DNA from: Caecitellus pseudoparvulus
Lineage: Eukaryota; Protista; Bigyra: Bicosoecida
Direction of reading: 5' to 3'
Assembly (NCBI GenBank): GCA_965644315.1
Contig: CBFFRQ010000055.1
Coordinates: forward strand, 1-64,000
DNA length: 64,000 nt
Every line of letters begins with the position of its first letter. The first letter of the stretch is position 1. Made by a program: the position numbers and the translations under genes. The notes below the pieces were generated by a model. That model did no database searches and was not told the DNA's origin. It saw only the letters and a program-made list of their open reading frames with translations. Shown piece by piece: positions 21,101 through 33,400 of the stretch.

Positions 21101-21689
21101 CCCGGGGCACTCTGTGATGTCCTTGAACTCCAGCAGTTGCGTGAAGTACCTGCAAATGGAGGGGCGGTGGAGGCAGCCTGTGTGACTGCAGGGCGAGGGC
21201 GTGGTTGGCGGGGGCGCGGTGCATCGCACCCGACCATGATGACGTCGATGGGTGTGGCGCCCCGGAACAACTCCGTCATGCTCTCTTGCATGCCCAGCAG
21301 GCGCGTGGAGTCCACCTGCACCGGTGCCCACGGTGGCAGCACTGGGCTGCTGGAGTCCGGACTGCGAAAGGCCGCCTGCACCCAGTGCCCGCGTGCTTTG
21401 AGCTGGGCGATCTGCTGCATGATCATCTTCATGCCACCCGTGACGTTGTGGTGGGGGATGAAGTAGGCGATGCGCAGTGGCTCTTTCTCTGTCACGCGGC
21501 TGGCTGCGGTCGTGTCACCCCAGATCCAGTCCACCTGCTCCGCGCCGAAGAAGGCAGGCCAGTGAACGGCAGCCAGCAGGCTTGCAGCGCACTGCAACTC
21601 ACCTTGTTGCCAAACCAGGCTCGATTCTCCACGCCACTGCCCGCGTACAAGTATCCCGAGCCCCGTGGGGGCAAAGTCAAGGTAGCCAT
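18143..21689 (-). CDS. GT4 (GT-B fold) glycosyltransferase with long low-complexity C-terminal extension, 3 exons
   Basis: LRIAYFIPHHNVTGGMK N-terminal motif, VVPNAID, GNPGLKLKNF, EX7E motif EAWGMPVLEAMASGVPVV, LTWD; ATG 21689 joined via GTGAGT intron. Confidence 0.85.
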
Positions 21690-22163
21690 GGCGCTGGCTT
21701 CTCCGGCTCAAAATCCGCACCCCGCCTGTCCCGAAAGGGTTCGCTCCCAGCTTCGCCTAGGGCTCGTGCGCGTTGCCCTGGGAGGGATCCCCATGAAATG
21801 GCACAGCAGTGGGCGAACGGCGGTGTTGCTGCCAAGGGCAACTCGTGCGACCAGCCACGCCCGCAGTGAGCCTGTCGCGATTGCCGCCTGAGCAGATGCC
21901 GGCTGGGAGCCGAGCAGGGGCAGGGCCCGAGCCTATCCAGGCAATCGCGAGACAAGCAAAATGGGAACGAGCAACACGTTGATTTGATTTTGCTTTCTTC
22001 GAGCTTGGTGCTGGCAGGGAGCGTGGCGCGGCCGTGCCCAAGAGACTGACGAGCTGAGCGCAGCCACAGAGAGAAAGGCGGAGATCGCCCCTGGCATCTG
22101 CACTGTCCCGCGCAGCCAGGGCCAGTTCGGCTGCTCCCTTGTACGCCAGGGGGTGCCCCTGCT

Positions 22164-22658
22164 TCAGCGCGGCTCTGTTTGGGCTGAGGGGGACGCTGGG
22201 GTATCTCGCAGAGCGGCCAGCTCAGCTTGCAGGCGGTCCCTGTGCGCCGACGCCCGTGAGCGAGAGGCTGGGACAATGTCCTTGGTCTTGTTCTCCCGCA
22301 CCATGGAGGCTGATGTGAGTGACTGGCGAGGGGCCAGGCGGCAAGAGCGTGGCAGTGTGTGAGCTGTGCCTGCGGATGTGCGGCTGGGCACGCACCCTGC
22401 CTTCGCCGCTTCCGAGGGTGCGGCCGGAGTAGTCCAGCACCTGCTGAAGCAGGACATACCCCGCAATCACTGGAATGCTAAAGTACACGACCCTGCGCGG
22501 TCACAAGGCAGGCAGCGTGCGTCATGCAGCGGAGCGTGCCAGAGTCTTCACACGCACCCAGCAACACGCTGGCCCATGGGCCCCAGAGGAAGCCTAAAGG
22601 AATGCACACGCTTCACGAAGGCTTTGTGCCGTTTGGAGAGATTCTTTAGTGCTTCCAT
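22164..22658 (-). CDS. Small single-TM hypothetical protein (about 115 aa, 3 exons), possibly mitochondrial inner membrane
   Basis: Spliced MEALKNLSKRHKAFVKRVHSFRLPLGPMGQRVAG|VVYFSIPVIAGYVLLQQV..|..DRLQAELAALRD; canonical splice sites. Confidence 0.65.
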
Positions 22659-22851
22659 GGGGCTGGAGAGGTGCCTGCGTTTCCCTCGCGTTTCGTTTCC
22701 ACACAACAAATCCGCAGCACACAGCAGCCGCCGTTGCAGGCGTAGCTTAAATCAATCACGCAGTAGCTACAATAAGCAACGATTCATTGAGTGGGGTGTT
22801 TTGCCACACGGCTGCGCTGCCGCGCAAGGCCCCCCTGCAGCAGTCACGGCC

Positions 22852-24268
22852 ATGCTTGACACGAGCCTTTCGGCAGGGCAGCTGCTGACCCACACTGCTG
22901 GGCGGGTCTTCTCTGATTTGGACGTGTTTCCCGACAAGAAGCTCTCTGTTAATGAGCTGAATGCCTACGCAGCTGTCATGGGCGTCCCGTCCACGCGGGT
23001 GTTCGTCAGGCAGTGGGACAAGTGAGTGTGTTGGAGGCAATTTCCGCACCCGTTGCGCCAGTTTTCGTGCCTGCCCTCCCGCACCATGGGCACTTCCCGC
23101 TGCGCCTCACGTGCACAGGGAGCCTGCTGACTTCCATTTGAATGAGGAGGAATTCACCGCCGCCTTCAACCACGAGGTTGCAGTGCTCCAAGCGGACGAC
23201 CCCTGGTGGTGAGTGGAGAGGCAGTTGTGGTGCGTGGCAGCTCGGCACCTCTCTTTGCTCTGCCCGGATCGCAGGCGCCTCAAAGTGACATGTTGTGTGG
23301 CTGTCACAGTAGGTGTCAGTGTTGCAGTGCTGTTGGCTCTCCTGCCTCGCCTGCTCATCTCCCGCAACCTCAAGTGGCTGCTGGCTGGCGCGGGCGGAGT
23401 CGCAGCAGTGGCCACCTACACCAGCCTGCTCAGCGTCTTGAACACGCTCACCTCCCTCTTGCTCCAAGCGCCCCTCGCTCTCTCTGTTTCCATGCTCCTG
23501 GCTGGGCTGTGGGTATGGCTGCGCCGGCGCTGTCTTCCCAGCCATGCGGGCTCCAAGGCGCCGGCCGCGACCACGCCTGCTCGGCGAGTTGGCCTCCCAG
23601 CCACCCCTCCACACAGAACCCCACAGCACCTGGCGCACCCAGACATGGTGGCGCCGTCTCCTTCCCCAGGTGCCGAGCATGCGGGCGGCGGGGGCGAGGA
23701 CGAGGCGCAAGATGTGGACTTGACGGGTGAGGCGCGCCTGTCGCCGGGTGGCGGGACAGGGGCACCGGCGCAGCCGTCGTCCGTGCCGCCCACCCCATCC
23801 CAGCCACAGCCACAAGGGCAAGAGCCCAGTTCCCCGCCCCAGACAGAGTTTGAAGCCCTGCTGGCCATGGGCAACGTGAGCGTCCATGACATCCAGCAGA
23901 GTGGAGGACGCCGCCCCCGCTCCCCTGCACGGGAGGCCCCGCCATCGCCAGGCGGCAAGGTGGTCCTGGCCCCCTTCACCCCATTCCCACAACAGGGTGC
24001 ATGGGGCAGCTCAGACGCCCCAGCCAGCTCTGGCGTCAGCACCATCTACCCGCCAACGGCTGCCCGTCTGCCGCCCTCCCCTGGGGACACCCCCCTTACC
24101 CGCAGCCGCCACGAATGGTCCCCTGAGCCCAGCCGCGCCATCCAATGGACGGATTTGACCACTTCAGGAACCTTTGGCCCAGGCGCCTCCACAGATGGCG
24201 CCACAGGCTACAGCGGCGTGAGCGCCAGCGCCCTGCGTGGCTCAGCTCGGCGCCGACGCCGGCGCTGA
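22852..24268 (+). CDS. Hypothetical protein: degenerate EF-hand pair, about 3 TM helices, Pro-rich tail (3 exons)
   Basis: VFSDLDVFPDKKLSVNEL and WDK|EPADFHLNEEEF resemble EF-hands; hydrophobic segments at 23290-23520; GTGAGT introns. Confidence 0.6.
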
Positions 24269-24465
24269 CGAATGCACTCACCTGGATCTGACAAACACCT
24301 CACACCAAGTTGCACACAAGGTGGGAGCTGGAGTGCCTCGTTCTGCCTGTTTGACCCCATGGTGCTCGCCAGTGCAGGGTGTAAGCGCTACAAGCAGAGC
24401 TGCGCGTGGCCGGGTGCAGGCGCTCTGTGCAGTTGGCGCGACTTTGACGCTGGCACCCTGTGAGT

Positions 24466-27400
24466 ATGGAAGGGCTCAACACACACCTTCATGCTATCAC
24501 GCGTGCTTCTGTTGGCATGACAGAGCTGGTGCAGCAGTTCAAAGGTGAGCCGCTGGTGTCAGGGAGCGGTAATTGCACGCCGCGCACACGCCTTTGAGGA
24601 TTCCTCCGCAGCATGCAACGAGAAGCTGAGCGACAGAGCTTTGCGCGAGCAGGTAGGTATCATTGGTCAAAATTTGTCTGCCGTAGTTCGCGCTGTAACT
24701 CTCCTTCTCGGCCCCGCTCGCAGCTAAAGCCGTTGTCACGCGGTGGGGTGCCAGGCTGGAATGAGATCGTCACAGCGCACTGCCGCGGACTGAGCCGGGT
24801 GTGCGACTTGGTTGAGACAGCAAAGCAACACGGGCGAGGAGTCCGCTCCCTGAGGGAGTGCGCCCTGCTGTTCGAATCCCTCCTGCGTCTGGCTGGTTCG
24901 ACCTCAGCTGGCAACGTCCTGCGCACGAGCTGCGTGGAGGTGTTTGCTGTGGCAAAGCGAATCCTGGACTCTCCAAAGCTCCTCGAGGAGGTGGGCGAAA
25001 TCGCTCTCAACACTCTCACAGGCGCCCTTCTTCCAGTGCCTGCGTACGTGTCAAGTGTTGGCCCCGGCCCCTGGCCTGCCTTACTGTGCAGACTCCTTCG
25101 GATGGCCTTCAGCACACCATCAAGCGCGGGCCCGCGACGCCACATTCTCCTGGCTGCTGCCACGCAGTTGGTGCATGCTGTTGAGGGCAGAGGGACTGCA
25201 GACTCTTCGACGGGCTCAGTGTTTCCCATGCCTGCTCATGCTGCACGCACCGCGAGCGGGTCTCCGAGTGACCAGCCCCATCCGGGTGCCGTACGTGACC
25301 TGGCTCCTCCGCACCTCTCCCTGACTCACACACTGCAAATGGCAGCTGCATGGCTTTCTTCTGCAGCCGATGCGTTCGCAGAGGGGCCCCACGCACTCCC
25401 GCAGCGGGGGGGCACCGACACGCTGCTTGCATTGCAAGAAGTGCTGCGTCTGCTCACCGCATTCCTGGCAAGAAGGCAGTCGGGGGCATACCCGGCCCTT
25501 GTGCTGAAAGGAACGCCTGTTCTTCGATGCTTCACCCGCAAGGGGCTCATTCAGCCCCTCTTGCGAGATGTTGCGGGGCAGACGGCATTTCTCAGCTTCG
25601 TGGCAGCGTGGGTACACTGCTCCACACAGCATGCGGCCTTGCACGGCGAGCGACATGGTGGAGAACCCAAAATCACGCTGTACCCACTTGCAGCCCACGA
25701 TCCTATGGCAGCTGAGGCCTTTGTCCTCTCCCAACAAGTGCTGCTCCACTCCGACGTCATGTTGAGAGCTCTGGGCACCAGCAAAGCGTCGCAATGGACA
25801 TCTGGGGCAACCTTGAGCGGGCCGGAGTGTGTCGTGCATTTGCATGGCCTTGTGAACTCCCTGCCGTTGGCCCCACTGTCTGACATAGCTTACTTGGCTC
25901 ACCTATACCACTCCAGAAGTCTAGAAAGCTTCGCTGAGAGAGCTGCGCTGCACGTCTCGTCGCGCCGGACAGAAAGCGCCCGAAAGCGCAGGAGGGGGGC
26001 GACCGGGCAGGAAGGCTCACATTTAAGCAAGCCTGATGCTTCACCGTGGATCCTCCCGCGTCTACCGGAGCAGACCGTCAGTGTCTCACCTTGGGAAGCA
26101 CAGCTACAGCACACGCTCCGGCACGTGCGTGGACAAGGGCAGTCAGCAGAGACCTTGAAAGGGCCTGTTTCACCCCGTACCAGCTCCTTGCTATGTCCTC
26201 GCAACCAGACCTTGCCGGGGTCAGAGGTGCTGCTGTTCACGGCAGCTTGCCTGCTTCGGCACCCAGACTTGCCAGTGCCTGAGGGTGTGGAGGAGCGCTT
26301 GCTGCAGGGCAGCTCTGACGTGCTGAGAAATGTGCGTGCGGTGCGCGCATCTCACTTACACGCCTTGGTTGAGCTGCTTGCTGCCCTCCAGTATCACCAC
26401 CTGCGCAAGAGTACCCTACTGTCGAGTGGGCGGAGTTCGGCGCAAATGACATCTAGATGGGATGGCCTTCATGGCTTGGTTGAGACAACTCTGCTGCCCT
26501 TCTGCTTCAGCAACACAAGTCAATTTGGACAGGCGACTTTTGAGCTCGCCCTACAGCTTCACTTGGCGCGGGTTGGGAGCAGTGCTGGGCACATGCAACT
26601 CGGTCGCTTGCTGTCCATGCCAGCAGCACGCATTGATCTTGGGAGCAGCGGCTGTTTCCACGCGCTCCTTCAAGGCATCCAAGGCGCCATTCAAACGATC
26701 GCGCTCCATCAACACAGGGTAGGGGTGCCACTTGGGGCACAGGCTTTGCTCCAGCAAGCAGAGTGCATGGCATCGGCACACCCCTCCGCACTGTTCACAG
26801 CAGCAGAGACTGTGCAGGGGTACATCCCTCCTGCACGTGAAGAGACATTGAGCGACCAGCCAATGGATATGGTAGTCGCAGTGTGGGCGCAGGCCCGCTA
26901 CCTCGCTGCCATCGAGCAGGCAACTGGTGCCGATGACGGTGCGCTACGGGTTAGTGCGTGTACGGCGCTGGCAGTGCAAGTGGTATTGGACTGCATGGCA
27001 CCCTACCTGTCTCAGCGCTCTGGACAATCTGGAGTCAACCATGTCTTGGACCAGCTTCGCCTGAGCGCGGCATCGCAGGTGACAGGCAAGGCGTTTCCTG
27101 CTGACAAACCGCGAGATGTTGGCATCTGCAGTCCGACTCCAGATGTTTGGAGCCCCACCGTGGTGCAGCAGCGCCTAGCAACACTGCACAGCCCAATCGA
27201 TCTCGAGAAGGAGCTTTTTTCACATTCCCAGCCGCCCCTCATCGCCCGTCCGACTTCTCCTTCGGGCTGCAAGAAGCCCACATCACCTGCGTTCCGAGCC
27301 CGGCTTGCCATGGCTCAGCATTCGTCCCTTTCCACAGCCCTGCCGAAGATGTGGGCGCCACTGTCCCCCTTTCTGCAGCTACCGCTTGGTGGCGCTCCTC

Positions 27401-30400
27401 AGCACCTGGAGGCCGAATCTGCGGGCATGTTCGAAGCCACTTTCCCGTCGACAGAGGGCAATGGCGCCTTGAAGCATGCTTGCGCGGCGGTGTGCACCAT
27501 ACAGACGGCCATCAGCACTGTAGTCGGACCCATTCAAGCCGCCGGATCAGTTGTGCAATTGCGGGACTTCTTGATGCTGTGCTCCTTGACGGAGAGTAGC
27601 GCAAGACTTTTGCCCGCCATTTTTTCCTTGTCCGCGCCTTCCACCCCGATCCAGTTGTCCCCAAACAGAGCGACATTGAATCTACACGCCTGGGGTGTTC
27701 AGCGCCTTGCCATCGCTGATTTCAGTAAGCTGTGCCTGCTCATTGCAGCATCTGCAGGTCCGTTGCTATCACAGAGCCAATCAGAAGGCACTGAGGAAAC
27801 TATGCGCAGGAGGTCTTTGGAGCACGTAAGGTGTGCAGTTTGGAGCCTGCATGTCTGGCTCGGCTGGGACCTGCTCCAGGCGGGCGGGGCCGCTGCACAC
27901 GCTCTCGGCAGCCTAGGCGCTGGATTGCCAGGCAGGGTGGCAGAGGACACCCTTGCCGTCGTGAGGGCAGTGACTCTTGCCACATTGACCCCATTGCAAC
28001 CTCGATTCCTTGCCGTAAACGTGGACCAACACGCCCACGAGCAGTACCTACAGGAGCACCTTGCAGACTTTCCTGCCCTTGCGCCTCTCGTCCCGCAAGC
28101 GTCTAGCTCACTTGGTTCTGCATCTGCTTCGAAGACCGAGAAAGCCACACTTCCTTCACCCACCTTGGACGATGACGACGACATTTTTCTTGAGAAAGCT
28201 GTCGCTGGAATTAGGGTTGCAGCAGACTCCTCATCATTGCCAGCCTCCAGTCAAAGTGAGGCGGGCCCGCCCCTTGCAGTTTCAAAGTGTGACTCCGGAG
28301 AGGTGTCCCTCGTCTGCGACATTCTCTGCCTCAGCCATACTTTGTTTTTGGATCGAGGTGGTGCTGTCGATCCTGCTCTTTCTCGCTGCATCGATGTGCG
28401 CTGGACGGCATTGCTTGCATCGGCCATGCGTGCCTGGGCAGGTGTGGAAGGGCTGGGCCTGTGTCCTGAACTGCGGTGCAGTATGTACACTGCCGAGCGG
28501 ACCAGCAGTGCCCGCAGATTTTCGGTGCTGCGCTCCATGGCGGATACGGCACTTGACATCGCTGGAGTGTGCCGGGTGCTACATCCAGCGGATGCCGCCG
28601 CCATTTGCTTGTCGGTTCACTCCGCCAGCTGCGCAAGACAGGTGCTCCAAGAGCAATGGTTTCGCAGAGCAGCAGCATTCTCTGCACTGGCGTGTGTCAC
28701 CTTGTGCTCCTTGCATGGCTTGGTTTGTTCTCGGCCAAGCCTGGTCACGGCAGCGCTGATTTGTGCAGCAAGCACCCGGTCGGGAATGTCTTCCTCGCAA
28801 GTTCAGCGGTGCGCCAGCGCACCCTTTATGGCTCACGTGAGCGGATTCAGTACCGCTTTCCAGGAGCTTTGCAGCCGGTTTGACTCCCGCGATGTAGCTC
28901 CGCGCCCAGTTGGCGGGGGATCACTCGAACACGCATGTTCTTGGTTCTTGTGTGAGACAGAGTTGGGGGACAAGGCTGTTGGGTTTGCGTCAAGCGAGCA
29001 TGATGCTGTGATCCACATGACTTCTTCTGCGGGTATTCATCACCGTGAAGACTACGCTGCCTCTGCAGCGGTTTGTGCCGAGGCATTGGTTGGGCTGGCT
29101 TGTGGCCATCAAGCTCAATGGTTGTGCTCGTGGCGTGCCGTGGTCGCCTTGTGCCAAGTTGAGCACCGCACAGCCTCAAGCGTCCGAGCAGATAAAGCAT
29201 ATGTTCACTGCAACAGACTTGACAGTTGGCAGGCGTCTTCAGCTGCGTTCCACGCGCGCACTCACCCAGCCCTGCGAGAAGCACGGTCGATCAGGGCCGC
29301 ACCCGCAGCCTTTTCCAGCTTCCTTGAGGCCAGGTGCACAAGCACTGGCTGGGCTTCGCTGCTTCCCCCAGTCAGCGTCCACGTGACAGGAATTGCGGCA
29401 GACGTTGCAGCCTTCATGATGGGCGTCAGCGAAGTGATGTACACCTGTGTGCTGTGCCACTCAGCAGCAACAGGGTGTGAGTTTGAGACGTACTTACTTG
29501 CACAGTCGCGGGCACTGTGGGCCTCTTGTGAGCACGCGCTTTGCGAAAACTGGAAAGACTTGGGTCTACAGCGGCAGCAGCCACACCCCTTGACAGCTGT
29601 GCAGTACTCCCCCGTGTCTGAGAGGAAGCTCCCCAAATGGGTGCTTTCGGGCGCTTCGGAAGCGCTGCCTCAGCCATGGGCTGCAGAGGTTGATGTCGGC
29701 GAAGGTCCGGAGCCCCTGTGGGGGTTTTGTGGGCTTGCAAATGATGGCATGGAGCCGGGGGGAGTGTGCACTGAAAATGAGGGTGTCTCGGCAACGGCCC
29801 ACGCGCTCTCTCTGCTCCTTCGAAGGCAAGCTTTCGGGTTCGAGATGGGGCCGTTCACCAGAGCAGCTTGCTTGCACCTTCACAGGAACATCTGCCTATG
29901 CTTGCCGCGCATGGCCCCTGGAGCCAGGGACTGGGACCTGCTGGTGTCGCAGGCGTTCCCAGTCGCGCGTCGATGGGCCCTGTCACCGACAAGTGGCCCA
30001 CTGCAGAGCGCACCCAGCGTGCCAGGCGTGGAGCAAGAGGCAGAGTGGTTTGTGCACTTTGCCGCCCAAGGTCTCCATACACCGTGCTTGCTGACCAAGC
30101 AATCTGCCGGCATTGCGCTATGGGCAGCCAGGAGCTTGGCAAGCTGTGCTGTTCTGGGGGGCCACAAGCACCACTTGGCTCAGGCGGCCGCAAGCACCCT
30201 CGTGCTTCCCGATCCCATCCCCTGGCATTCAAGTCCAGAGCCGAGCATGCCTGGTGCTGTACTCTCTCACCAACTGGTGGACTTCGCCTCCCACGTCCAT
30301 GGAGATCCTGCGCGGATACTCCAGGCCTTGTCCTCGCTATGCACCACTCCCACGCCCCTATTGGAAGAAGACACCGACAGCGCCCTTGTCAAGACAAGTG

Positions 30401-33400
30401 GTGGCTTCAGAGGCAACACGGCACACTCGGTATGGAACTGCGCCTTGGCAGCGGCTGCTCTGGCTGAAGGCAACGAAGGCAGTACTCATGACAGCGGACG
30501 CGCTGAACTTGCTTTGACTCCAGAACACCCAGCAGAAACCCATGCAGGAGTCTGGGCCGACGGATATCAGTACAGCACAGTTTCCACATCAGCCTTTGCT
30601 TTCTCGCTGGGGGGCCAGGCAGTCAGCAATGTGGGAGTCTTGACTGAAGAGTTTAAAGCTCTCATGGTGCGGGTGACTTCACCGCACGCGGGTGCGTTTT
30701 TACTGAAGTGCTTGGCCTTCTTTTGTGAGCGCAATGGTTGCGACTCTGTTTCGTCGACGCTCATGTTCTGTCTTCCGGACCTCACTGCGGCCTTTTGTGC
30801 TTCCGGATGGGGTGCCACATGCATTCCGCCATCCCTCATCGGAGCTTCGACCTGGCAAGAACTTTCTGGTGTGCTTGGCTGTTCATGGTTGACAGCTTCA
30901 GCTTTGGATGGCGCACAAGCTGGCTCTGATGAAGTCGCAAAGGCACCGGTGCCAGTCTTTCAGAGGCCCTTGCCTGCGTTTACGCCTCGACTGGCGGAAA
31001 CAGCGCAAAAACAATATGTAGACAGAGCGGAAGCATTTGCAGCATGCTGGAGGCTACTGAAGTGCACCCCTGAAAGTGGCTTAGCCCCGGATCCTTCAGC
31101 TGCAGCGTGGGGTGCTTGGGCTGTCAAAGCATCGCCCACCAGACGTGCACCTACACACTCCCTTGTGCAATTGCTGGAGGGTTGGTCAACTCTGCTTGGA
31201 ATGGCTCCTGAGCCTTGGATTCCGCGGCACTCTACCACGCAAGGACTTTCATCTGGAACCGCTGGCCATGGCGCGCATGCAGCCATCGACCCCCAAACTC
31301 GGTTGACAACAGCCCCCCAGCCAGCGCCCGTTGTGGGGTCTGAGAACATGGCGCTGGCGCTGGGGCACGAAATTGGTTTGGTGGTGCTGTTGCTGCGCTC
31401 TATGGGTTCTGATGCGGCAGAGAAACTGGCTTCGCACCTCTTCGGAATGTTGGAGCCCGCACGGCGTGAACTTGTTCTCAAAGAAGTGGCCCAGGTTTTG
31501 CTTGGGGACGCCCAAGTGGACGCTGGTACAAGCCCTTCAGCCTTGCCAGCAATCGATAGAGCGACGCAGCACCTTCGCTGCCTGGAGCCTGTTAATGCCC
31601 TTGATGTGCAGCCGCTTCAAGTGCTGGGCATAGCAGCTGAGCTCACACTTGGACGATACTCAGTTGACTGCTTGGACAGCCACAGCTTACGGACAAGGGT
31701 GGCTGGCGTCTTCAGGGCTCTTGGCCCTGCGGCCTTGCTCCAATTGTGCTTCTCCGTGGGCAGCGCATCGCCCACATCAACATGCGCCCGAAAGTTGCTC
31801 TTCTCTGTCGCTGACCTGTGCGAAAGCGGGCACCTCAGGCTGCAAGACGCCGTGCCTGTCCTCAGCGAGGTGCGTGGCCGGTCACAGCCCGTCTCCAGTG
31901 CGGGCTCAGCACTGCATGTGCCACAGCTGTATTACCGGGAGGCATCTCATGCACTGTACAGGGGAATGGGGGAGCTGTGTGCCATCCTCGACGAGCAGGG
32001 CCAAGAGCATGTCACCCTGAACTCTGCGGTTAAAACAGTGCAGGCAGTCATGCGCTGTGTGAAGGCCAGTCGCGCCTGGCTTTCAATTTGCGCTTCTGAT
32101 GTGTCAACGGCTCTCGTGCGGGCTGAGGCTGGCACGGAAGGAGCTGCCATTGCGCTGCACGCGGCTGCAGCGCTGGCCATGGAGGGACCCCTCATCGTGG
32201 CTCGCTGCTGTGAGCTGACCGCTAGAAGCACCGCCCAATTAGGCGAGCTGCACGAGGAGCTCGGGGATTCCCTGGAAGGGGATCCAATGAAGCAAGTGCT
32301 GCCGGGAGCGCAGTGCTCGGAGGTTGATCTGTGCCGGCTCAGGAGCGAGGCTTGGGAGGCGTTGACACACGTGCTACGCGGCTTCGGCACGCCTATCCCT
32401 GTCGCAGAGGGACAAGACGCTAGAGCCCACCCACATGGGCATGTAGATTCAGGTTCATGGGGCAAGGTATTGACTGCCTGGCAGAAGCGAAAGGCTGCGC
32501 AACCTCCACCATCATGCGTCGCGGCTGCCATTCAAGGTCTGCACCGTGCATCGTTGGCCAGCCTTGCACACTGCTGTCCAGAATTGCTTTCTGAGCATCA
32601 TGGCAGTGGACCCTTTCGCGGCAGTCTTTCTGGCCTGATCGCATTGCAAGAATGTGCTGCTGAGGCAGGGCTCCAGGATCGCCTCCAGTCAGCGCAGAGG
32701 CAGGCAGCCAGGAACGTTGCCACTTGGAAAGGCACTGGCAGGAGCGCCCGAGGGCTGCCTGGCATGTTGGACGCTGGACATGGGCACTTGCTGCCACATC
32801 GGCAGGTGCACTCATCACGCATCGTTGCTGCCCTGTATGCAGTTATTGCTGCCGAGTGCGAGGCAGCGCTGCTGACAGCGTTGACGAGTCAGCGGGACTC
32901 TGACCACCACGGCAGGTGCGTCTGCAGGCGAAGTTCGCTGGCGCTAGCTGAGGCAGAGCTCAGCTTAGCAGCGATGATGGACTCTCTGACCCAAGGGGAG
33001 TTTCTGTCCTCCCCTCGCCTGGCGTCCGAGCTGCTCGGCGCCCAAGTTATCCGCACCATCTGTCCTGATGGCCTGCCCCTCCAATGCGCTGGATTATGGA
33101 TGCACCTGAGGGAGATTCAAGATGCATCGTGCTGCTCTCCGTATGACGGCCTGTGGGGACGGGTGCAGCAAAGGTGGATGGCGCAAGTTCGCCCCCAGGC
33201 GACGTCTGAGTTCCTCCCCTGTGGATCGAAGCCGCTCTTCGCTGAGCCCCTCCTCGCTCCTGCTGTCGCAGAAACTCACAGAGGCACCGACGCCACAACA
33301 CTGCCGGCCTATGGCGATGCAAACTGGGCAAAACTGAGCGGGCATCCCAGCTTGACCGGTGCAGTGTGGGCGTCCAGCAAGTGGCCCTGTGCTCTGACAG

